A DNA stretch of 63,947 bases, counting the filler, from Reclinomonas americana ATCC 50394 (taxonomy: Eukaryota): the NCBI GenBank assembly GCA_048213135.1. It is 13 parts of 13 records of this genome, joined end to end, with 100 filler letters (N's around TTAATTAATTAA, not from the genome) between each part and the next. Parts side by side here need not be neighbours in the genome. Positions count along the whole stretch, not along the records: positions 1 to 5,691 come from AFZH01021976.1; positions 5,792 to 11,273 come from AFZH01021977.1; positions 11,374 to 15,237 come from AFZH01021978.1; 10 more parts are not named here. One strand, given 5' to 3'. The translations under genes and the position numbers were made by a program. The notes under the pieces are model-generated. The model was not told the origin of the DNA. It ran no database searches and worked only from the letters and a program-made list of their open reading frames with translations. This document shows positions 1 through 12,694 of the stretch, in pieces; positions within the stretch are counted from its first letter, which is position 1; every line of letters begins with the position of its first letter.

Positions 1-14
1 TTGATGCTGGTACC

Positions 15-2788
15 TCAATATGCACGGCTCATCTGTTGTTGTTGTTGTTGTTGTTGTACACGGAGTGAGTGCATCAGCGAGGCACGCAGTTTTTTTTGCA
101 GTACGCACCCGGAAGGACACGTAGTCGGCGCTCATGGCGTCCACATCGGCCTGCACTCGAATGTACAGCATGTGCAGCAACTCAGCGGCGGGTCCGTGTC
201 GTTGCGCCAGTTCGGCGTCGTGCGCTCGCGAGTCGAGACATGTCTTGGTCTGCGCGCCAGCACCAGAGATGATGAGTACGTGCGATGTTTGTTTGCTTTG
301 CTCTCCACACGCAACATTGGTCGACGATCGGAACAACCACATGGCCCTCTGAGCAGCACGCGGTGCAAAAAAAAAAGAAAATCGGCAAGGACGCAAAAAC
401 AAGCGAACATGCAACACCTGGAGCCGCACCTTGACAACAGTCTCCGCATCGACCTCCTTGGCGCTGGGGTCGGTCTCTTGCAGCACACGATTGTACTGCC
501 GTGCGCATTGCTCCACGGTTGTGCGCGCCACGCCGTCGCGCATCAGACGCTCCAACTGGCAGCGCGTGGTGAGAACACACCGACGGACAGCACAGCGAGG
601 CCAACACAACAAACGCAACAATGTCGGTGCAGTGGAAATCGACTGCACTCTTCACCGACAGCAGGTCGGCCAGCGTCAGTGGCGACACCGAATCCCACGC
701 CAGTGGTTGCATGTTTCTACTGTGCTCGCTGTCGAGCAACCACGTGCTCCAGTCTGCAGTGAAGAGTGAGACAAGAAGAGAGCAATTCTCTCCAGTCGCT
801 TGTCGCTCACCCTTGTGACCCGCAGGCGCCGGCAACGAGGGCTCACGCGCAAAGCGGTGATACCACAGTGTGCACAGTGAGCGCAGCATCTCCATGTCGC
901 CCGTCATGCCGCCCCACGACGAGCGAGCCCCGATGCACTTGAGCATCACGGTTTCCTGCTCGGCGCATTCGGCAGCCATGGACCAGGTGGCCGCCGGCAA
1001 GTCGAACTCCCACAGTGGGTCGCGAATACGCGACAGCGCCAGGTGGTGCACAACACCCATCAAGTAGGTGACATGCTGATCGCAGACGACAAAGCCCTTG
1101 GACTCGGCCATTGTCAGGAACATGACCACCGCAAAGGAAGGATGCAGAGCCGCGTCCTCCAACTGTGCAGAAGAATGAATAGACTCTTTCTTCCCCTCAG
1201 ACGACAACACGAAGAAGCGCACCATGACAATGCCGATACGGCGCAGAAAATCAGTCATGCTGCGTGCCATGAGCTGACGGGCAGCTCGCAGCGCCACATC
1301 GGGTATGCACCGTCGCACGGCCTGTGTCACACACAGGCAATGCTTGTTATGATTACATGAAACACAAACAGCAGTGCACGACGAAGTGTGGTGAATTGCC
1401 GACCTTTTGCAACAGCGATTTGAGAAACGACGGCGAAAAGTCGGCAGCCACTTGCGAGCCGTATGATCGCACATTCGGCTCGCGCAAGGTCTCGAGCGGC
1501 GCCGACAAGCGTGCACGGAGCTGAACAGTACGTGACACGTGCCCGGGCAGGTCGCGCAAGTGCACACTGTCGATCCACCACTGGCTCGCCTCCTCTGTGT
1601 GGCAAACAAATCATGATCAGCAACGTGCATATCGAGCGCGGATGAAACACAACAAGCATACTCACCAGGCGGCGGAGCGGGCAGAACCTCGTTCACCCAC
1701 GTCGTGTAATACGTTCCGGGTTGCGCCGACGATTCATGCAACTCAAACGTCTCCGACACGGGCGGCGCCGGACCACCTCGCCCCGCGCCTTTCCGTCGAC
1801 GGCCAATGCCAAACGCGGCGGCCGGCTGCGGTGCCAATACACTGGCCCAACTCGACACTGCTGCCGCCGCCTTTTGCTCATCCACTTCCATCAGCATGTC
1901 GGAATCATCTGTCAAATCAGCCGCCGCTGCCGAGGGTGCTGCTGCCGTTTTCGTCGTCGACTTGCTGGGTGGCGACGATTTCTTCCGCCGCCAGATCTGG
2001 AACCACTCGCTGACCGCGGCCGCCTGCTGCTTGGTCGGTGAGACTGGCTGGCGAGGTGAGGAGGGTGGCGACACGCTGACCACACTCCCACTGTCATCAT
2101 CGTCATCATCGTCACTGACAACGTAGGGCCGTGGTGCTTCGCTTGCGGCTGCGGATGTAGTTGTTGTTGATGATGCCGTTGCATGCCTCACTTCTTCCGC
2201 CTGCCGATCGTCGTCGTCATCGTCATCGTCGTCGTCCACAACAGTAACGAGAACCTGATTGCCGGCGACCGTCTCACCACTGACTCCTCCGCCACTGCCA
2301 CTGCCGGTGCGATCGTCGGAAAAGTGTGCGCTGTGCAGGGCAATGTCAATATTAAGGTGCGACGCTTGCGACAATGTGGCACACAGTCATCCAAGGCGCA
2401 ACTCAATATGCATGTTCAGAAACGAGCGCAGCACCGGTCGGTGGCACACCGGGCACTCGACATGCGTGCCAGCTCCACCACTGTCATCGTCACCGCCGCC
2501 GTCATTGCCTTCCCCATGACGCCCCGCACTGCTCTTGTCGAGTGTGCCACCGCGTCCGAGTGTAGCCTGTCTGGCCGATGTCGACGGAGGCGACGGTTTA
2601 CCGCCACTGCGCCGGCCACGAACACTTGAACCACCCTGCAGTGCAATGTTTGAGCATCACAAGAAACCACATCTATTCAATATGGACGCAACACTTGCTT
2701 GCCGGGATGGCACGGGCACGAACAGTTCTTCGTCTTCGGCCGAGAACAGCGAGTTGATGGACAGCAAATCTTCGCCACAGCCAAACAT
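15..2788 (-). CDS. Uncharacterised protein with N-terminal UBZ4-like zinc finger and conserved C-terminal domain (multi-exon)
   Basis: Hand-spliced model MFGCGEDLL...VECPVCHRPVLRSFLNMHIDAHF (CxxC..H..H) ... FLKSLLQK|AVRR...DFLRRIGIVM|LEDAALHP...SAVDFHC...|MSRAY*; GT-AG introns; first exon uncertain. Confidence 0.6.
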
Positions 2789-2805
2789 GAGACACTTGCG
2801 TTTAT

Positions 2806-5650
2806 TCAAGAAAGTGTGTGGGCATCATCACTGGACAACGTACCGCCGGCGTCGTCGGCGAAACGAACTCGTCTGCCACTGCCGTCATCCATCCGCCGAC
2901 TCAATGACGCATCGACGCCGCATTCGCCACGTCGCGACAATAATGACGACGATGTTCTCCCGTCTGGTGGTGGTGGAGACACACAACTGAGTCTGACGAT
3001 AACCACAGCAGCATGCACAATGAAGTAACGCACCGTCATCAAGAATGGACTCGGCCGACGCGACCGCCACTGCCAGATCTGCGTCGTGTTTTGATCGCTT
3101 GAGCGGAGGTTCTGCGATGCAGTGTTAGACGGTATATAAATGAATGCAGTTGACGAGCATGTACACACACACCTTGACAGTCGAAAAACAGTGATGACAA
3201 GTCCTCGAGACGCACATCGGCCGATGGTCGCGACGGTGACAGCCCGCTGCTGAACAGGTCCACCAGCTCCAGATGCTGCGAAATCACCACCGTGGCTCCC
3301 TCGTCGCCGCGACCGCCACCACTGCCGCCACCACAATCACCACCGCGGCCTCCACTGCCACCACTGCCGCCACCACCACCACCGCCGCCGCCGCCGCCGC
3401 CAACAGACACCGCCACCATGCCAACCGCGTGTTCGTCGTCGTCGCGCAACAACCTCTTGCCTACAACACTGGCAGCGGCACCGGAGGCGGCAAACGAGTG
3501 CAGCAGAGCATTGCCACCGTCGCCGAGTGGGTCCTCCAGCGCAAATGCGAGTGCATTCTTCGACATACAACGCACGTGTGAGAGTCAGGTGCAACATCAG
3601 AGTGCTGTGTGCCATGCGATGCGAGGCACGCAACTGCAGCCATGTGACTGTGAGAAGCGAGATTCCCGCTGGAGCCCTTGATTACGGAGCCAGGTGGACT
3701 GGTCGGCGAGGTGCTACGTGACGACGGACTGGAGGAGGAGTTGCCAGGCAGTTGTCGACTGTTCACGCTGTAGACATTAGTCCACCACACAATCAGCTGA
3801 CCGACTTGAAAAGAACGCAACTCTGCGCCTGCACTGTCCTCAGCTGTCGACGCCTTACGACCTGGTGGCCGCGGTGGCGCCTCTGGCATCTTTAACCGGT
3901 CCACATCACGCAATCGTGAGGCAGCCGATGGTCGGCCCATCCCACGACCACCACCACCACCACTACCACGGCTAGCATTTGACGATAACCGCGGTGGACT
4001 GGCACCACCACCGCCACCACTGCCACTGCCAGCATCATCGGGATCATCACGAGCCATTCGCCCGACGTGTCCCCGGGAACGCTGCAGCAGGTGATGAGTA
4101 CCACACGTGGAACGCGCATCAGCAATGAACAGCAGGGCGTACCTTGGTGGCCGATCGGGGAGGTGGAGGATTGCGCCACGGTACGTGAATACCGAGCTGT
4201 TGCGCTCCGTGCTTGGCAGTCGCCAGAATCGCTCGCTGCACCATTGGCGACGCCAGGCCAAAGAACTGCAAGCAACAAATATATAAACAAACTCAGCATC
4301 ATTTTTGCTTCGTTCCACCTGCAGACGCTCCTCACCTGCGGACCCGACACACGCGTCCCGGCCTTCCTTCTCATGCACAACTCGGTCCACGGTGCAGTGG
4401 GCGAGGGACCATGAATGCGTTCGCCCCACGGAGTCTCCACCTCAAACACGGGCGCCCCGAATGGTGCATCACCCGCCAGAATGCGGCATTTGTACAGACC
4501 ACCCCAACTCGCCTTGTGCACCTCGAAGCCGATGAGATATGGAATGCTCTGGTCCACCTGTGTGTAATATAAGCATGTGTGTGTGAGAGAGATAAAGTGA
4601 ACGAACGCCGAGGGAACTGCACTCACCTCTCTTGCGTACCACCACCATGCGCTCTTGTTGTGCTCCAAAAAGTGGAAACGACGGACCTCACCAATCGCGA
4701 CCACTGTCACATGCACACGCTTCGTGTCGCCCTTGACCTCGGCCTGTTAAAAACACGCAACAGAGGCGTACCCACTGAGTCTTGTGCACACACTTTCTCC
4801 TCTCGGCGTTTCCCTCACGAACCGGCAACACATACAGATCCGGTGGCATACCCGGCGGCATGCCGTGCATCGCCACCCTCTCGTCGAGATCCACCCCTGC
4901 TGCAGCAGCAGCTGCAGCGGCGGCGGCCGCAGCCGCGGTGGCGGTGGAGGTGGTGCTGCTGGCGGTGCCTGCACTCCGCGCCGGATACGTGGCAAAGCCA
5001 TCAGTGTCCTGGAAATCGTCATCGTCGCCGCCATCGTCATCGCCAGCTTCGTAATCACCATCGTCACCATCATCGTCGACGTTACGTCCGCCCGCACGCC
5101 GCTGCCGCCGTCGATGAGAGCGGCCGCCGTCGCTGCTGTCCGAGTTGTCGTCGTCGACCGCATCCGGGTCGAAATCGTCATCACTCAACTTGCCGCTGCG
5201 TCGTCGCCTCCTTGTCGGCAACGGCGGCGGCTCCGGCTTCACCACCTCCGACTTGACAGAGAGCACCGGGACGGGCAACGTGGGCGGGCGCACCACGTAT
5301 GTGCTACTCGAGTCGGGCGAGAGTGCCGGGAATGGCACCAGCACCGGCAGTTGTGCCTCAAGTGCCGCTGCCGCCACCATGGCCGCCGTCGTTGCAGGTG
5401 CTGGTGGTGGTGGCGGCGGCAACCCGGTCGGCGCCGTGTCGACTGTCGACGGTGCCGACAGGTGCTGGAGGGAGGCAGCCACGGCAGGCGGAGCGAGAAT
5501 GCTTGGCGTCCACGCTTTCGCAGCGGTGATGAACGAGGCGCGCACGAGGGGAGGCATCGTTGGGTCCACGGCGACAGCTCTCTTGGTGAGCAGCCGTCGG
5601 CGCACCAGGGTGGACGCCGTCGCTGATTGTGGCGGCGGTGGCGGTGGCAT
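2806..5650 (-). CDS. FYRN/FYRC (FY-rich) domain chromatin-associated protein, low-complexity flanks; possibly 5'-partial
   Basis: PYLIGFEVHKASWGGLYKCRIL...PVFEVETPWGERIHGPSPTAPWTEL...RVSGPQ|FFGLASPMVQRAI matches the FYR pattern; spliced frame ends at TGA 2806. Confidence 0.7.
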
Positions 5651-5691
5651 TGCTGTCCGCCGTCGCTTTCGTGCGCGCGCATCCGTGTCAC

Positions 5692-5791
5692 NNNNNNNNN
5701 NNNNNNNNNNNNNNNNNNNNNNNNNNNNNNNNNNNTTAATTAATTAANNNNNNNNNNNNNNNNNNNNNNNNNNNNNNNNNNNNNNNNNNNN
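5692..5791. other. Artificial scaffold linker (N44-TTAATTAATTAA-N44)
   Basis: Identical 100-nt linker also starts at 11274, 15238, 21434, 29217, 35700, 43265, 47667, 51570, 55011, 59186 and 62775; the core gives stops in all six frames; the O-methyltransferase, PLPBP and ankyrin A genes continue across such linkers. Confidence 0.98.
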
Positions 5792-5956
5792 GCTTCGATG
5801 TGCGGCACTTCACTCACCGCCGACGCCGTTCCCACACCAATCGCTCGCAACACAGCAGCCGCCGAGGAGCAGGAGAAGCGCACCACTGCAGACCAGAGCA
5901 TCGTGTGAATACCACCATCACCAAAGACAACTCGCTGCGCTCTCACTGCATGCAGC

Positions 5957-6430
5957 TCAACTCGATTCCATCGGCATCGACACCGACAACGGCAACGCTC
6001 TGACGCTCTGCAGTCGCTCCTCCACTGCAGTTTTCCTCCCAGTCATTGTCGTCGTCGTTGTTGTTGCTTCTTTGCTACAGTGATGATACATGGGCGCAGC
6101 CACGTGCTGCAACAACTCACTGACAGTCCACATTGGATTGTTCCGCACAGATGATGACGATGATCCCTGCTGTGATGGTGGTGGACGAGGATCATCATCG
6201 ATTCCCAGTGGAAAACACACACAAGTCCAGCGTTGCGGACGCAGTGCTGCACGATGCACCACGCGACTGGTCCATCGCGCGCGAAACAACTGTGATTGAT
6301 GAGTGAGCGCGCACTGGGAAGTGCATGTGACTGTGTACAGGCAGGAACGCACGTCGTGCTGTGAGAGGAAGGCCAGCACCAAGTCGACGAGGTGCTCGCA
6401 GGCCCAGAAGAGACACTGCAGCGACTGCAT
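5957..6430 (-). CDS. Hypothetical protein with F-box-like N-terminus (3' end uncertain)
   Basis: CEHLVDLVLAFLSQHDVRSCLYT|LFRARW...AALRPQRW resembles an F-box; head-to-head with ACAD8. Confidence 0.4.
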   Translation of the reverse strand: MQSLQCLFWACEHLVDLVLAFLSQHDVRSCLYTVTCTSQCALTHQSQLFRARWTSRVVHRAALRPQRWTCVCFPLGIDDDPRPPPSQQGSSSSSVRNNPMWTVSELLQHVAAPMYHHCSKEATTTTTTMTGRKTAVEERLQSVRALPLSVSMPMESS

Positions 6431-6526
6431 CGCCCTCTACTCTGCAAAACGAAAAGGACGAGACAGTCCTCTCGTCCTCGAGCTCATCATTGTGTTGTGC
6501 TTAGCTGGCCATCGTGTGAGAAGGCA

Positions 6527-8426
6527 ATGTTGTGGTCGCTGGCAACGACTGCTGTGCGACGCTCACTGTGCGTGGGAGCACGAGGGCGAGTGGCGATGAT
6601 GAGCTCATCGGTGCTCCCTGATCGTTGCGTCATAAGGGGAATCAGAGAGAGAGTCGCTTCCTCGCACTCACTCACTCACAGGGAGCTTTGGTCTCTCTGA
6701 GGCACAAGTGGAGATCCAACGCGCTGCCGCCGACTTTGCGGCTGCTGAGCTGGCTCCATTCGCGGCCGAGTGGGACGAGAAGAAGATGTTCCCCGAAGAG
6801 ACACTGCGCAAAGTGCGTGCGCGCGCGCGTGTGTGTGTGTGCTCCTGAGTGTCGTTGCTGAAGATTGTGGTGGGGGCGAGCAGGCGGCAGAGTTGGGCTT
6901 TGGAGGCATCTACGTGCAAGAGGATGTGGGTGGATCGGGTCTGGGGCGACTGGATGCCGCGATTGTGTTTGAGGAGCTGGCGGCGGGGTGACGTTGACAG
7001 CCTTCGTGTGCCCTATCTTCTCAGTACACCACTCACATGGGTGCGTGCACAGGTGCACGAGCACGACGGCGTATCTCACCATTCACAACATGTGCTGCTG
7101 GATGATCGATCGCTTCGGTGACGATGAGCAGCGTCGGCGGTGGCTGCCCGACTTGACGTCCATGAAGGTGCTGGGCGTGCGATGGAGAGTGCGGGCTGGT
7201 GGTCGACTTCCTCTGACTCCTGTGTGTGTGTGTGCCGCAGACATTTGCCTCGTACTGTCTCACGGAACCGAACAGCGGCAGCGATGCTGCGTCGCTCAGC
7301 ACACGCGCCGTGCGCGACGGCGATCACTACGTTCTCAATGGCTCCAAGGCGTTCATCAGTGGTGGCGGGCGCAGTGACGTCTACGTGGTCATGGTCCGCA
7401 CGGGTGGCGATGGTACCGTACGCGTGTGGCTCGTCAGTGCCCGAGTGACACCGTGTTTATTCTCGTTCACATGTGCAGGTGCTGGTGGAATTTCAACGCT
7501 GGTGGTGGAGAATGGCACACCAGGATTGAGCTTTGGGGCGCAAGAGAAGAAGGTGTGTGTGTGTGTGGGCGAACGGGCGACTCCACACCGCAGCTTGAAC
7601 AAAATGATGTGTGCGTGCATGCAGCTCGGATGGAACTCGCAGCCGACGGCCGCCGTCGTGTTTGAGGACTGCCGTGTGCCGGTGGCGAATCGTCTTGGTG
7701 ACGAAGGCATCGGGTTCAAGATCGCCATGAAGGGTCTGGATGGCGGTCGCATCAACATTGGTTGGTGGCAGCGTGCTTGTGCCGCCCGTTGCTCTCTCTT
7801 CGTGATTGTGACCTGTCTCGTAGGCACATGCAGTGTCGGTGCGGCGCAGGCGTGCCTGAATGCCGCCCGCGACCACGTGCAGGTGCGCAAGCAGTTCAAG
7901 AAGCCGCTGGCCAGCTTCCAGCACATTCAGTTTGAGCTCGCCGACATGGCGACTGAATTGATGGCTGCTCGCTTGATGGGTTTGTCTGTTTCATGCACAT
8001 CATAACCAATCGCTGGCTGACCATGTCGAATCGCGACAGTGTGGCAAGCTGCCCGAGCACTGGATGCGGAGCACCCGAGCGCCACCGCCATGTGTGCCAT
8101 GGCCAAGCGTTTCGCCACGGACACCGGCTTCTCAGTGTGCAATCGCGCGCTGCAGCTGTTTGGCGGCTACGGATATCTGGTTGCGTGCCCAGGCCGACGC
8201 TCACTTCTTCCCAGCTTGCATGCAGTCCCCTGAATATGTTCGCACGTGCTGCAGAAGGACTACCCAGTGGAGCGCTACTTGCGAGATGCTCGAGTGGTGA
8301 GTGTTCTCATGCTTCTTCTCGTAACTGCTGGCAACTCACGTGCCTGTTGTGTAGCATCAAATTCTGGAGGGTACGAACGAAATCATGCGCGTCATCATCG
8401 CACGGCAGATGTTGAAGCAGGAGTGA
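6527..8426 (+). CDS. ACAD8: Mitochondrial isobutyryl-CoA dehydrogenase (acyl-CoA dehydrogenase family), 11 exons
   Basis: Arg-rich presequence; [103 protein letters not shown]. Confidence 0.93.
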
Positions 8427-8467
8427 CCGAGGTCACAGTAGCAAAACAGTTATCAATGACGTGCACT

Positions 8468-11273
8468 TAAAATTCGTCATCGGAAAGCGCAATATCCTCC
8501 TCCACGTCGTCCTCCTGTGTGCGATGGCAGTTTGCGTGTGTCAGTACAGATCTCGGCATGCATGGTATGGACTGGAGAAGAGTGTGGTGAGTTACGCAAC
8601 AAAATCGTCATCTCCGTAGTCGTCTTCGCTGCGCGGAGTAATGGAGCGTTTGGAGGTCGCGGTGGCCGCCGCGGGTCTGGCCGGCTGCAGAACCCTCACT
8701 GGTGGCGATGCTGTCGGTCTGGCGGCGAGTGGGGGTCGCGGACTCGGCGACGCCACGCTCTGTGCTCTCACATTGAGTCACCTGCTACCATTTTTTGCGA
8801 CGATCATGACAACACACCTCCACTCGACTCTCGTCGCTGATTTCGGAGAGGTCCATCGAGTTGATCAGCGACTCCGACACTGACGACGAGCGCTTCGAGG
8901 CGGTCATTGCTGGCGATTGCGGTCTGCGTGTAGGCGGCATGGGCTCGGTGGGCTCGCGTGGAAGCGGCTGCGGCGTCGACTGCGCCACCGCAATGGCTCC
9001 AGTGACACGTGAGACGGCGCGAGATGATACCGACGGTACTGACGAGCGGCGCGAGGCGGTGGGCGACACTGGCGACTCGTCTATCCAGCGACAACGAATG
9101 AGAAGCAGTAGCCGTGCGTGTGAAAACAAGACTGCGCGGCACGAACCACCCTCCAGCAGCTTGTGCATTTCCGGCGAAGCCACCAACAGGGGCGAGCGCC
9201 TCGAGCTCGAGTTGACCGGTGGCAAGTCAGTGACGCTGGCCAGAGGACTGCTGACAATGTGAGCACCCAGAGAGAACATGAGAGCCTCTTTTTTTTTTTC
9301 TTTCTTGGCACGCACCTGCGTGGACCCGGAAGCGAGCTGCGTCGCTGGGGAGTGCTGGAAGAGGAGGCAATCGAGAGTGGCGAGGAGCTCGACTGACCAT
9401 GTGGCGAGTCGGTGCTGATGGTCTCGGGTGGTGAGCGCAGGCGCTCGGGAGCAGGCGGTGCAAATGTGTCGGACTTGGAGACCGCCGATGGTTGTTGTTG
9501 CTGGGTGCGGCGAACACCAGCCGCGGGGTCAATGGTCGGTGACGGTCCGTCGTGGCGACGTCGGTCGATGATTGGCGTCGGCACCGGAGACGGCTTGCGT
9601 GCCGACGGTTGCGATTCCTCCTCGTAGTCGTCGTCATCGTAAGCGTCCTCGGAGCGCGAGCTCGAATCTGGAGTGGCGCTTGGTAGCCTGCCACCTGCGA
9701 TCGGCGCCTGCAGTAGATTTGGTACCGGAGCAGCAGCGCGCGGTGGTGCTGGAGCAGGAGCAGGAGCAGGAGCAGGGGTGGGAGCGGGAGCAGGAGCCGG
9801 AGCGAGAGCAGGAGCAGGAGCGGGAGCGGCGAGAGTAGGGACGGGGGCAGGGGCAGGTGCAGGAGCGGGTGCAGGAGCCACCATTGGTGCTGGTGGAGGA
9901 GCAGGTGGCTCAGGACGGTACGGTCTCTCTGCGCCACTCTTGCCAGTGAGCTCGATGACTGCCGCTTGATGTGCTACAGCACAAAAGCACCAGTGTGAGG
10001 CAGTGATGGATAACAGAGCAAGAAAAAAACAGTCCCCTCCGTCACACACCTGGCGGATGCAGCGACTCGGGAGTCGGTTCCGTCTCGCTCGGATCGCCGC
10101 GCAGCACGACAAGGCGCGACGCCTTCTCCATTACCGACGCCGATGGTGCCAGCGTCGGTAATGCCGGCGGCTGTGGGGCTGCACTGTGCTGCGGCTGTTC
10201 GTTCTGGAACGAGACACGCAGCGAGCCGACACTAGCCTGCCGACCGATGCCAGCCCCGGTTGGCTTTCGCGGATCGGTCACGGAGAGTGGATTCACGGCC
10301 GCGTCCGCATTACTCATGGGCAAATCCGGCACTCTTGCACCCAGCGGCTTCGAGCGCGGATCTGTGACGGCCATGGGATCCACCGGCAGCGAACCGGTGC
10401 TGCTGTGCACCGACGGCGGAGTGGTGCTGCGTGGGTGTCCTCTTGTTCCATCGCCCATGTCGACATCGGTCTGCGTCGAGTGTGCAGCCTTGGAGTGCAC
10501 TCTACTCCGTCCACGATGCGCGTAGGCCGACGAGCCACTTGACACAGACGACCACGACGACAAGGAATGACCAACGTCCCGCGACGACGGTGCAGCAGCT
10601 GTTGCCTGCTTGCTGCCAGAGGATGCGGACCCCGGTCGCACATTACCCACCGACGACAGTGGCCGTCGGCTTGGTGCTGGCGACGGCGAGGTTCCACGCT
10701 TCGACTTTTGCCTGCGTCGCTCCTTCGACTTTTCCACAAACGCAGCGGCCTCGGCCTTGCTCTCGGCGATCAGGCGTCGTCGTTCCTCGGGATCCAGCGA
10801 GTCGAGCACTGGCTTGGACTGTGCGTCACGCAGACGCAGCAAGTCGCGCATCACCTCATCTGTGTGGTGTGGTTGAGAACGAGAGGGGAATGAATGCAGA
10901 TCGCACCAGGATCCATACCGATAAGTTGTGCACGTTTCGCTCCGTCGTCACTGCAAAACGGGGAGCGACAGCGGTAAGCAATATGGAGCAGTAGACACAC
11001 GAAGTATGTGCATTGCCCACGCAACGTTGAAGTAAGCTTGCTCAGCAACCTGAGCGAGTCGTACTCTCGATCGAGCAGATCTGTGCAGCGGTGTCGCTCA
11101 GTGCGCTGTCGGGAGTCGGCAACTCTCTTTCATCAAGCACCGCAACTCCTGGATTCCTCGGTGGAATGATACGCTGCGTCGTTTGCCGCCTTTGAGCGCG
11201 GCCGTACCGACGACACACCAACCGTGGTGGCCGCAGGCTTGGCCGGCTTGGTGGTGGCAGCATCGGCGGCAGT
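8468..11273 (-). CDS. Large Pro/Ser-rich low-complexity protein, 5'-partial
   Basis: Long exons (10042-10854, PAPA-rich 9320-9970) joined by GT-AG introns; ends EDDVEEDIALSDDEF*; no recognisable domain. Confidence 0.55.
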
Positions 11274-11373
11274 NNNNNNNNNNNNNNNNNNNNNNNNNNN
11301 NNNNNNNNNNNNNNNNNTTAATTAATTAANNNNNNNNNNNNNNNNNNNNNNNNNNNNNNNNNNNNNNNNNNNN

Positions 11374-12603
11374 GCCACCTCCGCAGAGTGCGCACGCAAC
11401 ATTAGTGTGGTGTGACGCTGATCGTGATGATCCAACTCGGTGTAATGCTCCACTTTGGTGCCATCCTCCAGCCGGTACGAGTCGACCGAGAGGCGATCCT
11501 CGTCGTCGTTGCCTTCTCCTTTGCATGAGGCGACTATATGAGTGCACAGGCAGTTGTTGCTTTGGGCGACTCCGCTACTACGCACCGGCACTCTCACTCC
11601 ACGAGGAGCCTTCGGATCCAGAGTGCCTTCCAAACTCGTCGCGCCTCCGTCGATCGCGAGCATGATGATGATGATGATGGTGATGGTGCGGGCGAGAGGG
11701 AGAGTTGTCGGCGCTGTGCGACGGATGAGCTCCGTGATGCTGTTGGCGACGTGAGCGACTCGGCGACCACGAATGATCCGAGTCGTGCTGGTGTGGATTG
11801 ACAAAGATCGACGCCGGACTCTCGGGTGGTGGCACTCCTCGTCTGCCGGCGTCTCGTGGCTGCAGCGATCGCCGCACCGCGGCCGCTGTTGCCTCCTGCG
11901 CCGACATGGCCGACGACGACGACGCACCACGAGCGTTGGCAAAGCGCACTTCTACGCGAACGCGGCCCATCTCACGACCCTGTCAACACCCACGCCGACA
12001 GTGTCAGCAGCGACAAACCACCGGAGCGAGAGACTCCACATTCCGCGACGCACCGTGATATCCGCAAAGGGAAACTCGCCGCTCTTGAACACGCCGAGGC
12101 CCGGGTCCAGCAGGTTGACCAGATCGCGTGGATCGACGTTGGAGGGGGCCAGGTGGACCGTGGCATTGGCCAGCACGCGATCATCGGCCTCTGGCTGCGT
12201 CAGTGGACCCGCTGGTTCCGACGACGCACGCTCCACCAGCAAAAGGAACAGCGGGTGGTCCAACAGACGACTGACAACCAAGTCTGCGTGACATTCGTGA
12301 GCGAGCTTTTACGCTCTCCGTCTCTGTGCTCCTCGTGCACTCACCTCTCCGCATCTCCAACACACACGACTTGCCGACACCCAGCTGCATCTCCCTCCGA
12401 GTGGCGTCAACTGCAACAGTGGCCTCAAACGCCGCTCGCGAGGGCGACGGATGCGTCACTGTCAACAGCGGAAAGTCCCACAAACGCGCCACCACACACA
12501 GCCTCGACGGCGTCGCATGCAGCAGCGGCGACCACAGTGGACAGTCGATCCACCGCAGAAACAAGGAGAAGACAAACTCCTCCTCGATCACGTTGGCCTC
12601 CAT
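11374..12603 (-). CDS. MAP10/KIAA1383-like protein, 3'-partial
   Basis: FVFSLFLRWI...VVARLWDFPLL...GVGKSCVLEM...SRLLDHPLFLLLV parallels the MAP10 N-terminal motifs (AFRLLDFPTLL, GRGKSCLF), recalled rather than searched. Confidence 0.5.
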
Positions 12604-12694
12604 GTGTTTGCTCGTCGCAAAGTGGAGGACGAATTTTGTAACGTTCGCTCTCGGAACACTACACGCGAAGTCAGTCGCTCACGTCTCGCCTTCC

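Noticed and set aside
5736..5747. Recurrent TTAATTAATTAA palindrome
   Set aside because: Always embedded in identical N-runs; an artificial six-frame-stop linker, not biology.
6624..8354. Introner-like (transposon-derived) intron families
   Set aside because: Introns share length range and donor motifs, but I saw no internal sequence similarity, TIRs or TSDs.
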